DNA of 64,000 nucleotides from Azolla caroliniana (Eukaryota; Plantae; Polypodiophyta). Shown here piece after piece: positions 11,839-24,244 of the stretch. Under the pieces are notes generated by a model. It was given only the letters and a program-made list of their open reading frames with translations, did not search any database and was not told the DNA's origin. Numbering within the stretch: position 1 is the stretch's first letter; every line of letters begins with the position of its first letter. A program made the translations under genes and the position numbers. The DNA lies in NCBI GenBank assembly GCA_043228905.1, contig JBHGNT010000009.1, positions 5,580,001 to 5,644,000 on the forward strand, written 5' to 3'.

Positions 11839-14647
11839 GAAACCAAATATAAACCTACGGTATTCCAAATATATTTTCTGATTTCTTTACTTCCATGTAT
11901 ATTAAGATTTCTTGCTTTTGTTGTTACATTTTATGATATAGGTCCAATGTTGAAGATGGAAACGACATGAAATTTACAACCTAAAATGAACTTCTTAGGG
12001 TTTTCTTTTTATATACTCAATCTTTATAAGGGTAACCTTTATTGCAATAAGTTTTTTAAGTAGATATTGCAATAACAAAATGATTTATTTTATTTCATTT
12101 TGATTTGGGTAAGAGTATGTGAATAGATGAGGTCTTACATTTCAAATGGAAATATGAAGTAGGTTGCCATTTGTTTGATCAATGTGTTTGAGAAAAAATA
12201 ATATTATGTCTTTATATGAGTCTATATCCATGAAACCAAACATAATGTTAATTTGTTAGTAATTTCATTATTGATATGCATTTTGGATTGTTCCATATAT
12301 GCTCTTTGAGATGTATGTGTTAAGTTCAAGATTGTTTTATTGTAAATTACATTGTTTTTTATCACTCAATGTTCTTCATACATCTCAATAAACTAAAAAC
12401 AAAAACTTATATGTGGCTTGTATATGTTATACTTGTAGTGTTTTTGGGTAATGTTTCCTAATTGTGTGTACATTACTTTGTACTTTACACATTGTGTTTT
12501 CAATCTATGTGGCACTTAATGAAGCATTTCTAGGAATTTGCATATGATGTTTAATGTCGATTCATAATTTTGCGAGTCATCAATTGTAAAGATGGTCATT
12601 GATCCCTTCTAGGATCGCAACCTATGTGTGCATGTATATTTTATATGTAAGGGTATTTAAAATGGGTAGTTATCAAAAAATATATTGGTAATAAGGGGTA
12701 TTTTTATTAATCTTTTTTCTACAGAAGGGTTACTAAAATAGTAAAAACCATACGTATAAGGGGTTTATAAATGATGTCATGAACGCACGTGATACAATCT
12801 TCTTATGTATAGTGGAGTCCCCGGGCTCGTACCCCGAGTGATCGAATGGTGAGCGTTGTGGAGCACATGTGTGTGGGTTACTACGTCGCAATTTCTAAGA
12901 AGATGGCTCGAGCACATGTTAATGAGCGGAACGTTGTCAACTATATCATGTGCCCAGCTATAACGAAGAAATTGCACCACGTGTCTGGCGATAAGAGTTT
13001 AGTAAACCCTTATCAAAAGCCCCAATGATTGATTAATCGATTGGTCGAGTTGTTCTCGAACCCTGATGATTGGGTTCTCGACTTATTTTCTAGAACAAGT
13101 AATCTCATAAGTTTCATCAATTTTTTTTAAAATGAAATATTATTTCTTGTCCTGTTTTCTTACTTTTGTATGTGTGATTGTTTATTTAGGAACGACGACT
13201 ACATGTGCTCTTCAACTGTTCAGGAACTGCGTCGCATTAGAAAAGGACCCTGACCAAATCAATTTTATTAAGATGCAGATCCAAGGCATTTGGGATTGTC
13301 CCGACCAGGACCAAGAGGTTGGGACAAAGCATATCAACGAAACAGAGATGTTTCAGTTGGCCTCCAGAGAGCCGATGGAACCTATAGACGAGGAAGGAGG
13401 TGACCTTGTCGACCTTGAAGATGCATCAGCTTCTGATCATGCACAAGATTCGGCTGAGGAGATATAACATGTTGATGCAGCACCACTATCAACTGATCTT
13501 GGAGAGCAGCCTGTTCCAAACATCCTAATGGAGTGATTGTATATTAGTTTTTATTTGTCACTATAAAATTGTAACACTAAACTTGTTTTGGAATATAAGA
13601 TTATTTTGTTTGAGTACCATTTCTTTACACTGTCTGATTGGTTTGCAAACTTTAATTGTCTATCATATATTTGTATTGGTTGACTCGCAAAGTATGTGGT
13701 TGTTAAGTATAATTTTTATTGAATAGATGATGATGAACTTATCGATTGTATGACAAATGTTGGTTATAATTGTTTCTTTATTAATATAATTTAGCTTTAT
13801 TTTAGGATTCTTGAGCTCTTTAATCTTGGTTATTTAGTTTCGAGTGTATAGAATAATATTAAGTCAATGTTGTTGCTCACTTGATCTTACATTTAGGTTG
13901 TTCATATATGATTGGGATATAATGTTCGTAGAAGTTTTTGGGCATGTGAGGTATATAATGTGATATTCACTTGTGAATATGTGTCTAATTATACCCAACA
14001 ATACAATTTGCTCATTTAATATAATAAGCTTTATAGGAGTTAGAGAGAAATATAGCATTAAAATTGTGTTTCTAAAATTGTTCAATTGGATTCAAATTCA
14101 ACATTATGTAAAATGAAGCATATTACAATGATAGTTGAAAGCATTCTCGTAATCCAAGCGAATGTTTGGCTAAATATGTGTATGAATTAAGAAAATACAG
14201 GTTAAATTTGAAATCTTGATAATATTAACTATGTTTTTTATTGATGTTTTTAAAAGTCATGTGCGCATGCGTGATACGTTCTTGAAAGTTTGTTAGAAAA
14301 TTGTAATTCTTGACATCTCATGTATTTATCAATAAAGGAATGCGACATATTATCTGTTCTAAATGACCCGGTGTTTCTTGAATGTGGTGGATTGACACCC
14401 ATGCTTCACCTGCTTGCCAACAAAATGGGTGCACGTTCACACAACCTCGACAATGATCTAACGTTGAAGGAGATCATTAGTTGAGAAAATGCGCCACACA
14501 AATATTTGATGAAAACATATCCTCAAACTAATCCTTTTGTAAGTTTCTCTTAACATAGGGCTAGAATTTGAAACATTTTGTGTTTTAAGTGTTTTGTACA
14601 TTTCATATTTTTTGAATATGTAGGAAATGCATGGTAACGACAACATT

Positions 14648-14829
14648 TAAGAGATGAACCGAAAAGAACAAAATGTTCACTAATGTTAGAAAGGGACTAA
14701 TGTGATTGGATAGAGGGAATGATAACGACATGCACTATTAAGAGATGAACCAAAAAGAACAAAATGTTCACTAATGTTAGAAAGGGACTAATGTGATTGG
14801 ATAGAGGGAATGATAACGACATGCACTAT
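14648..14829. repeat. 91-bp tandem duplication (2 copies)
   Basis: TAAGAGATGAACC...GACATGCACTAT repeated at 14648 and 14739, near identical. Confidence 0.9.
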
Positions 14830-15156
14830 CATGAACTTGATATAGAATTGAAGGCAAAGTAATAATAACATTCATAGTGTTTCAAACTAATATGTTGGGA
14901 TACATGTTCATTGTTGCATTCAACTTGGATCTAGCTATGGGTAAGGAAATCCATAACTGTATTTGAAGTATATAAGGTAGTGTATGCTCTCAAATTTGTT
15001 GCACTGACAAAGAAAGTTATGTAGATTTGTAAGGAAACCTTAATACTTATGTGGCATTTCAAAGGGAAAGGTCATCAAAGTTCTTCTATGTAATGGATAA
15101 ATCAAATAGAAATATTCCTATCTCACTTAAGAAAATGATGGTTGCACTCTCAACAA

Positions 15157-15252
15157 GGCTATGTAGAGTATGGTGTTCATGATGAGGCACTAAAATGCTT
15201 TGATCGAATCAGGCAAGAAGGTATCTTGCCAAATGATATCACTTATCTTTGG
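15157..15252 (+). pseudogene. Isolated pentatricopeptide (PLS-class PPR) motif fragment
   Basis: Translates GYVEYGVHDEALKCFDRIRQEGILPNDITYLW, matching the plant PPR pattern GY..hG...EAL..F..M..EG..P...T. No surrounding ORF. Confidence 0.65.
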
Positions 15253-18175
15253 TCCGTTCTCGGATGATCTATAATTGTTGAGATGACATAGATTATATTC
15301 TAGTTGTATATTGCCCCTGGCCACTTTAATTTTAATACCAATGGAGGATATTTAAAAAAATAATTAAATAATAATACTTATGTGGCATTGAAAGGCATGT
15401 TATTTCATAAGGTAATATGTATATAGGGTAAATGTTTTTGCAATTTCTTGGGCTCTTGAGGTTTGCACAAAATTTTCCCTATGCATAGATGATAGATGGC
15501 AAAAAGGTATTACGGGAATACACACATCTCAATTGACAATGATAAAGATAAATGATTTGGAAAATTGGACAAATAAAAGATGTATATATGATGGCGAGGT
15601 TTATCTCTTACTTTTTGACTTGTCTATCAATTGTTCAAGAAAATGAAGGAGCATCATGACAAAGAATGGCTTGATAAGATATGATTCCATAATCCCAACA
15701 TCAATCATGTCAATCGTTTTGGCAAATCACGAAGAACTTATCATGAAAAACTATTGTCTGTTCAGTATGCAAGGAAGCAAAAATTGTCTTCATGTATTGG
15801 AGCACATTGGTCATTATCTCTATGCAATATGGCTATATAGTTGTATCGACAACTCATGAATACATTATTTATGGTAGGCCATTTTGAGACGCTTTAAGAT
15901 ATACGACATCTACTATATCATTTACTATATGATATAGGGCATGTACTATATTGCCCTGTATCATCTACAACAAAGAGATCAATATTCTTCACTATTTAGA
16001 AGTAATGAACATTTTAAATTTCTATTATACATTTGTTGTAATTTCAAAACCCTATTATTCGTTATAGGTGGTGCTTGTATGCCTTCTTATCCAATAATAA
16101 CGTCAATTCTTATTCATACATCTATGGAATCGAAGTATATTCGGCTATATGTGTGTTCGATGTTGACGCTCTAAATAATGTTAAATTTTCACATACATTC
16201 TTACATATTGGGATTCTTGTAAGAAAAGTACAAACTTCTGATATAATGTTTTCTCATACATAATCTAGAAAAACTTGTTTCTTGAGATGATTATAGGATG
16301 AACTTGGTTTTTATTTAGATTAAATAAATGTTGGAATATATCAGATCTCATTATAATCATGAAAAGACTGACCTTGTCTCAATTGCTAGTTTCATTGTTT
16401 GAACTTTGAAGTACAATAGATAATTATACTAGTTTTTTATGCTATTTTGCAACTATTGATTTTGTCACCTTTTTTCATGGATATGTTATGAGAATGGCCT
16501 CGACATTATGTAAATTTCAAAAGAGTTGTTTCGACATATTAAAGAACATCAAACTCTTTTTTCCCATGAATTTTGAAAAATTAGTGCTTCTATGATCAAT
16601 GTTGGAGTTTGTTACATGACATCATAACCATACCTTGTATTATTGTATAGAGACAAAAATTGTCATATGACATCATCACCTAGATATTGTTGTATGGAGT
16701 TAATGATTTGTAGTTTGTATATGCTTTTCACCAAACCAAGGTATCTTATTGATTGTTTTTCAAAGATGGCTTTATTCACACATAGTGGTTTTGGCAATGA
16801 ACCTTTTTAGTATCAAGATGTTAAATATTACCTACACAATGAAATCCTCATGAATACCAACAATGAAGTAGTATATTGTAGATTTCACAAAGTATCACAT
16901 GAATCTCCATATTTATCAAATTGATGATATGTTAAAAATGTGGTTTGTACATACACTTCTCTCACATATTCTTCAATGACCATATCAATCGCACATTTCA
17001 CCATAACAAGTACATTGGAGGGTTAAATTCCTTCTTTGAATTCAAAACTTCTCATTACATGATCACAAGATCTTATGGTGATTGAAATCACTTTATAATA
17101 TAAATTGAGAGCTTACATATTGTGGTGTAGTATGATTGAGCTCGTGCCATATTTATCTTCATCTTATGTCACACTCCTTGCATGTTCTTCCATTGTTTAT
17201 TTTTGTCAAATCCCTTTTGGGCTTCCATGTTCATTTTTGCACAAGCTTTCAAGTTTGAGTATCGCAAATCACATTACTTTACAAAATGCCACAGTAAAAT
17301 CTTATGAGGTAGTTAGAATATCATGGTCATGTTACTTGACTCTACCCCTACCCCTACCATTTGTAACCCGACTCTATCCCTACCTCTATCATTTCTAACC
17401 TAACCCAATGTTTATAACGCGATCACTATATATTTCTAACCTGACCCAATTTATTCTAACCACGTTGATATATTTTCCAACCCAACCTGGTAGTTTATAA
17501 TGCAAATGCGCAAAGTTGTCGTAAGCCGCTTGTTGTGTGCAACAAATCGCCTCGTGCTCTGCACCAGGGCTTTGTGGAGCACCGCCACATGTAGCCTTGT
17601 GGGATTGGTGCTCTTAACTTGACAACGTTGTTGTCTATAGAAAGGTGCCTTAAAAAAACAAATAAAAATAAAAATAAATCTAGGAAATAATTGCAAAAAT
17701 ATTCATATACATACATATGTAAAATATTTGTTTACACAAATTTAATTACATAAACATAAAAAAAGAGTATATTGAATTGATGTGGCTGTAGGGAATCAGT
17801 CCCAGATATGTGAGGAAGACCGACTCGAAAATACACAATAACGCGGAAAACTGAAAAACAGCAAATGCATAGTACACAATGTTTAATGTGGAAACCCTAA
17901 ACGGGGAAAACCACGGGAGAAAAGATCTTCCACTATATACAGAGAATACAAAGAATGTTTACAACTCTTCTCTAATGCTCAGAGGATAACCACTTAGGGT
18001 TCTTGGCAGGTTCGCTAAACTCTGTCACTGCTCTCTCTCTCATGCACTCTCACGTCTCTCTGTAACTCATTTGCTATAGGAATTAGTGCACTATTCTACT
18101 CTACATCACTCAAGTTTTCCCTAGGTGTATTTATACTTATACACATTATGGACTATTTACGAAAATGTCTGTTTC

Positions 18176-21100
18176 TGTTGAGAATCGAACTCAACTTCCC
18201 ATAGAAATAGGTTTCGCACTAGCTCATGGACATACCATGCTAGTTTTGCAAATAGTAGAAAGGGCCCTTGCCCTAATTTAGTTGGTATTTAAAGCAACCG
18301 TCTGTAACCTTCTTACTATTAGAAGTACTATACAGTTTTCTTGTTAAGAGCTCTCCCTCCATCCCTCCCTCCCTCTCTGTTTGCTGTACACACACACACA
18401 CACACACACACACAATTATCTTCCGCTGCATTACACCACCAACATCATTTCTTTACATGGTATCAGAGCGTGTGGTTGCTTAATTGAATCTATTCGACTG
18501 TGTTGTGGTACACGTCGACGATCAACAAAACCGGCTTATTAACAGAGAAGAAATCACCATGAATACTCAGATGGGAAGCGCTCTTCCTACGGAGAAGGTC
18601 AACAACACAAATTTTGCATCTTGGGAGTACAAGATGCATCAATACCTTGTCGGACAAGGATACTGGAGCTATATTGAAGGAGCTCACGAAACACAACCCA
18701 ACCCGACACAAGCCGACTACCCAGCGTGGGAGTAGGCTGCAAGTCGTGTGTTGTATTGCCTTGCATCATGCGTACATGATCACATGCTTGGCTATATTCG
18801 AGAGGCGAAAACGCCGAAAGAAGCATGGGGCAACCTCAAGAAGATCTTCGCGGCCAATATGGCTTCCCGCAAGCTCCAACTTCGTGAGGAGTTGAATGGC
18901 ATTCAACAAAGGGACATGTCAATCGGTAGCTATGCCTTGAAGATCAAGGAGTTGTGTGATGCCCTCGGGTCGATCAATGTTGGCATTGACGACGAAGAAA
19001 TAGTGCCGATATGCCTCGGAGGCCGGGCACCTTGATTCAACGCAATAAGGTCCGCCATCCTCGCAAGAGAGAATCCTCCTACCTTTTTCAATCTCCAGTC
19101 AATATTGCTGGTCGAGGAAAATCACGCCTGACAAAGGAGCAGCACACTAGATGTCAGATGCTCTACTCCCAGTCGGATGATGGAAGAAATTTTGGCCATG
19201 GAAATAGAGGTTGATTCGGACAAGGCCGTCATGGTGGGTAGATCCAAGAGTGTAACTCCCACCAATGGCAAGCAGACATGAACAACTCTAGAGAGTTCGG
19301 CAGAAGGGGGACTCATCACGCCGGACCAAGCAATCGCAATAACCCAATCAAATGCGTATACTGCGGACTCAAACACTGCGAAGAGGAGTGCCGAAAGAAG
19401 AAGCGAGACTCTGCTTCAACTGGTCGAATGTTCACGAATTACGCATCGAATTCTGACTATGACAATTGTAGCAGAATGTTCACGAATTCCGCATCGAATT
19501 CTGACTACGAAGATCGTAGTGGAATGTTCATGATGAGGCACAAAACACACTCAATGGCGACTCAAGGTGAAACAAGCACCACACCCTTAGAGAATGTATG
19601 GTTTGTTGACTCGGGAGCATCCAACCACATGACGTCTCATGAAAATTGGTTTTGGGAATTACGAAAACCCAAACGTCCCGGATATGTCGAGATAGGCGAT
19701 GACACGACCCATCCAATACAGCATATCGGGAACGTCCCATTCGGAAATGATGGAAAACAAACCTACCTCAAGAACGTACGACATGTTCCTACAATCACGA
19801 AAAACTTGGTCTCAGTCGGCCAGATTGTTGAAAAAGGAATGCAAGTATGATTCAACAATGATGGATGCTTTATCGAAAGAGGTGATCGAGTCGTAGCTCA
19901 CGGACGTCGTGAAGGCCGTATGTTTGTCCTCGAATTGAAGGCGGTAAAATTGACCATGTTTGCAAAGGGCCTCAAAGTCGAAACCGACCTAAACTTGTGA
20001 CACAAGAGAATTGGTCACATCAATCCCTAGAAGCTTAAGAACATGCAATTGAAAGGAGTTGTAATCGAACTTCCAAATTTTACCGCGCTGGAGATTATGG
20101 GCGTATGCGAAGCGTGCCAGTTCAGAAAGCAATGCTGACATCCATTCCCGAAAGAACGGAATGTGGCCAAAGGGATCCTGGATGTCATACATTCAAATGT
20201 TTGGGGACCGACCCAGACAAGCACAATCAGCGGATGTCGATATTACGTTATGTTCATCGACGACTTCTCCAGGAACACCTGGATCTACCCGATGAAACAA
20301 AAGAGCGGAGTGTTCGGATACTTCCAGAGATTCAAAGCCAAAGTCGAAAAAACTACGAGTCAGCACGTACGCTGCCTTCGATCATATGGAGGCAAAGAAT
20401 ATTTTTCGGATGAGTTTACGACATATCTCTGAAAGGAAGGAATCCGAAGAGAATTTTCATGCCGTCACACACCTCAGCAAAATGGCGTAGCCAAGCAGAA
20501 GAACCAACACATAATAGAGGTAGCACGAGCAATGATGAATGAGAAGAACCTGCCGAAATCATATTGGGCAGAAGTTTGTTGGTAAGAAGCCAGAGTTATC
20601 ACATGTTCGTATTTTCGGCTCAATCGCTTATATGCATATTCCCGATGATACGCGACAAAAGCTCGACTCGAAGTCAGAGAAGTGTATCCTTGTGGGGTAC
20701 TCGCTCAAACAGAAGGGGTACAAATGCTACAATCCATCTACCCGAAAAGTTCGAACAAGTCGAGATGTCGTTTTCGACGAGTCCGTACGCACCAGAGACA
20801 ACTTCGACTCCGACTCCGCTCAACCCAGAATATGCTGAAATAGAGGAAGAAGCCAAAGATTGAGTTACGCGCATGTTCGATGAAAGGCCAACCACGACCC
20901 GATTAAGTGGGCCACAAGAACCTTCGAGTGATCAAAGCACTTCTCGGCCGAGTCAGAAGTTGGACAAAGGGAAGGTGAAAATGGCGGAGTATGAAGACGA
21001 TCACTTCGACGGAAACGAATCGACTTACTCCCTTGATAGTGATTTTGAAGGCCTCGAAATCCGGAAAAATGGAGCGAAGAAAGCCTAAGTATCTGTGAAC

Positions 21101-23162
21101 GAAAAGCTACGCCGGTCCACCCGAGAGAAGAACCCCGTAAGCCGTTATGGCTACAATGAGTACATGGCGTACCATTACGCCTTTATGATGAAGGTAGCGT
21201 CAGTACGGGAGCTGGAAACTTGTTCCAAAGCCGTAAAGGATCCATGATGGGTTGACGTGATGAATGAAGAAATGCAAGCCCTATGCAAAAACGAGACATA
21301 GGATCTCGTTCCTTACATTTTGCACAAGAAAGCAGTTGGTTGCAGATGGATTTACAAAGTAAACCACAATGCTGACGGCTCTATAAATCGCTTCAAAGCA
21401 CGGCTCGTTGCGAAAGGATACACACAAATGTACGGAGTTGACTACGAAGAGACCTTTGCCCCGGTGGTAAAGATGACAATTGTGCGGACCGTAATTGCCA
21501 TCGCGTTAGCAAAAGGGTGGCACCTCCACCAAATGGACATCAAGAACGCCTTCCTTCAAAGCGAATTGGAAGAGGAGGTGTACATGATCCAACCACCCAC
21601 CCAGTTTTGAATCGTGCAGTCATCTGAACGTTGTGTGCCGACTCAAGAAGTCTCTCTACGACCTCAAACAAGCACAATGTGTGTGGCACTCGAAGATCAC
21701 GTAGTATCTTCATCAGATCAGATTTCGAATGACAAAATCCGATACTTCTTTGTACATCTGAAAGGTGTTAGATAGCCTGATTGTCATCATCCTTTACATG
21801 GATGATTTGATCATCGGAGGAAAAGATCTAGCTGAGATTAACAACGTCAAATCACTTCTCTCCGGCAGATTCGAAATGAAAGACCTACACAAGCTACATT
21901 ACTTCTTAGGCATCGAAGTAATTCAGCCACTAGTCGGGATAACGATCTCACAACGAAACTATGTCCTCAACTTACTCTACAAGTTCGGGATGACGGAGTG
22001 CAAACCTATCTCCACCCCGCTGGACCGTAATCTCAAGCTTGATGTTGATTCTGGCACCGCCGAGTGCGAGCCAACTCAATATCGCCAATTGATCGGCAAC
22101 CTCATCTACCTAACCATTACGCGACCCAACCTCAGCTATTTGGTCGGCCTACTCATCCAATTCATGCAGAATCCGCGAAGCCTTCATCTTGACTGCGCTA
22201 AGAGGGTACTTCCGTATTCCAGTGGCACAATGGATTACGACGTCAAATACAGGTCAAATACGATAATTCGACTTGAAGGGTACACAGATGCAGATTGGGT
22301 AGGTTATAAAGTGGATAGACGGTCAACATCAGGATTCGTTTTCTCCGTCAGTAGTGGAGAAATCTCATGGAGTAGAAAGAAGCAACTGACAGTCGCACTA
22401 CCAAGCACGGAGGCCGAATACAGAGCCGTGGTGGTCGTTGCATGCAAAGCTGTATGGCTCAAGCGTATACTGAAGGAGCTGTGCGTACCCATCACGGATT
22501 TGATTCGCCTATACTGCGACAACATGAGCATTATCTACCTGATGCGAAACCCCGTATTGCACGTGCGGACTAAGCATGTCGAAGTGCACTACCACTTCAT
22601 TCGCGAGTGCGTACATGCCAGAGATATCGATTTACAACATATCAGTATGCACCTCCAGGTTGTTGACATTTTCACGAAAGCCCTTGGTATCGACAAGCTA
22701 CGACAGTTTGCGTCGAACCTTGGCTTATCTCTTCCCGACCAGCCGAGTTTGAGGGGGAGTACAAAATAGTGAAGCCGAACAAGGAGTACGCAACCAAAAA
22801 GCCGAACAATCAAAGTTCGAAGCGTTCGGAAGACCGATTTGAAACAATTTTTTGATATCCAAAAGTTGTGTTCGAAGGGGCGTGTTGAGAATCGAACTCA
22901 ACTTCCGATAGAAATAGGTTTCACACTAGCTCATGGACATACCATGCTAGTTTTTTAAATAGTAGAAAGGGCCCTTGCCCTAGTTAAGTTGGTATTTAAA
23001 GCAACCCTTTGTAACCTTGTTACTGTTGGAAGTATTATACAGTTTTCTTGTTAAGAGCTCTGCCTCCCTCTCTCCCTCCCTCTCTCTCTTTGTTGTACAC
23101 ACACAGACACACTCACTCAATTATCTTCTGCTGCATTACACCACCAACTCCATTTCTTTATA
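18176..23162 (+). mobile_element. Full-length degenerate Ty1/Copia element (Copia-1)
   Basis: LTRs 18176-18457 and 22883-23162; PBS TGGTATCAGAGC (tRNA-iMet) 18458-18469; PPT ~22874-22882; perfect TSD GTTTC (18171-18175, 23163-23167). Confidence 0.95.
18559..22769 (+). pseudogene. Copia gag-PR-IN-RT-RNase H polyprotein, disrupted
   Basis: WFVDSGASNHMT (PR), HSNVWGP/FIDDFSR (IN), KARLVAKG and LYMDD (RT), YTDADW..RRSTSG and DIFTKAL (RH); many stops and frameshifts. Confidence 0.93.
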
Positions 23163-23860
23163 GTTTCATTTATTATCTAATTAATGACAATAACATTCAT
23201 TAATCAGCCGACCGATCGACTAGTCAATTCGACTAGCCGACTCCAGTGTCGACTGTCTAGTTGGTTCGACTAGTCGGCCTCGTCATCGACCATCCGGTCG
23301 GTCCGACTAGTCGGTTGTGTCTTCGACATGGATCACTTGTACTGTCCACTCTCCTAGTTGACTCTGCATGTTGACTCTCTCTTAATCGACTCTCCATGTC
23401 TTCAAATGTTGGCTCTCAGCCCCAGTCGACTACTCCTTGTCTTCGACTGTCGGCTCTCACTCTCACCCAAATAGTCAGTTCCTCACACAAGAGGGACATA
23501 CTCCTAACAATGGCTTGTAAAAAAGGGGACATCCACAAAGTAGAGAAATTTTAATACAATAAGAAAATCCCCATGTTAAGCGCTTGGATGGCACCATAAC
23601 CAATCATGAGTAAGAGCGCATCAACAAGGACGTAGTATGTGTTGAAGGACCTACGAAGAGGAAACGACAATAAGAGAATAGGCTAAGGGACGTCCAAGTG
23701 TGAAAGGTCCATACCCTAAACGTGAATGCTATATAAACCACATAGTGGTGGCTTTGTAAGGGTTCTTCCATTCGCCATCAAAAGGGTATACGACGGTCCG
23801 AAGTCCGCAAACGGCATCGAGGAGTTAACTCCATCGATACATAGATCCTACACATCTATT

Positions 23861-23878
23861 TGGCGCCGTTGCCGGGGA
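23861..23878 (+). promoter_or_regulatory. Primer-binding site complementary to the tRNA-Asp 3' end (Athila-type)
   Basis: TGGCGCCGTTGCCGGGGA 3 nt after the LTR end. Confidence 0.85.
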
Positions 23879-24244
23879 TACAACCGACGCTTGAAGCCGA
23901 TTTCGAGTGGTCAAACACTCGTAGGCAATCCACTAAACGAGGGAAGAAATCGAAAGGAAACCACTATTTTCTGTTTTTTTATGCTCACTATTTCACATTT
24001 TAATTAATTTAATTTTTTGTTTTTTTTGTTTTAATTTACCCTTCCCTAATCGCCCAGACATTAGCAAGCTATTCGTCCGGTTAACGCTAAGCATTGATGA
24101 GATTTAGCCATTGCAGGGCAAGAATAATCACCGTGATTCTTGCTGAGTACGGTAATCCTACGAGACATGAAACGGTTGTTGGCGCCAGCAAATTCAAATT
24201 TCCCACTCAAAGTTCGTCGAAAGATCATAGTTCGATAAGGGAAG

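Larger units (their letters stand above)
4929..12825 (+). mobile_element. 7.9-kb TIR DNA transposon with 8-bp TSD, P-element-like
   Basis: Left TIR CCCGGGGACTTCACTAT (4929-4945), right TIR ATAGTGGAGTCCCCGGG (12809-12825), 16/17 match. TSD CTCGTACC at 4921-4928 and 12826-12833. Removing the element restores the MTase reading frame exactly. Confidence 0.92.
4486..13536 (+). pseudogene. Intron-containing beta-class N6-adenine/N4-cytosine DNA methyltransferase (N6_N4_Mtase-like) pseudogene; exons 4486-4813, 4904-4928 joined to 12834-13098, and 13190-13536
   Basis: Spliced, TE-removed translation: ..YSVYNGDVGNMFDILPKRHYTLLVADISYG..(TAG 4752)..HMHW|VKTNITRT^PSDRMVSVVEHMCVGYY..NPYQKPQ*LINRLVELFSNPDDWVLDLFSRT|RTTTTCALQLFRNCVALEKDPDQ. 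Motif IV (D-I-S/P-Y, 4608-4619) precedes PxQKP and motif I (LDxFxGxG, degenerate), which is the beta order. GT-AG introns 4814-4903 and 13099-13189 keep the frame. Confidence 0.85.
17787..23509 (-). repeat. Solo LTR (Copia-type), itself interrupted by a Copia element
   Basis: TGTAGG...CCTAACA with flanks GTGGC/ATGGC (4/5 TSD). Typical GTGGAAACCC..GGGGAAAACCACGGG motif and minus-strand TATA (~18128-18135). Confidence 0.75.

Noticed and set aside
4486-13536. Bacterial contamination as the source of the methyltransferase
   Set aside because: It has two canonical spliceosomal introns and is interleaved with plant TEs carrying exact TSDs.
17554-17595. Helitron 3' end (hairpin followed by ATGTAG)
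   Set aside because: No canonical CTRR-T junction, 5' TC end or Rep/Hel sequence found; too weak to call as a feature.
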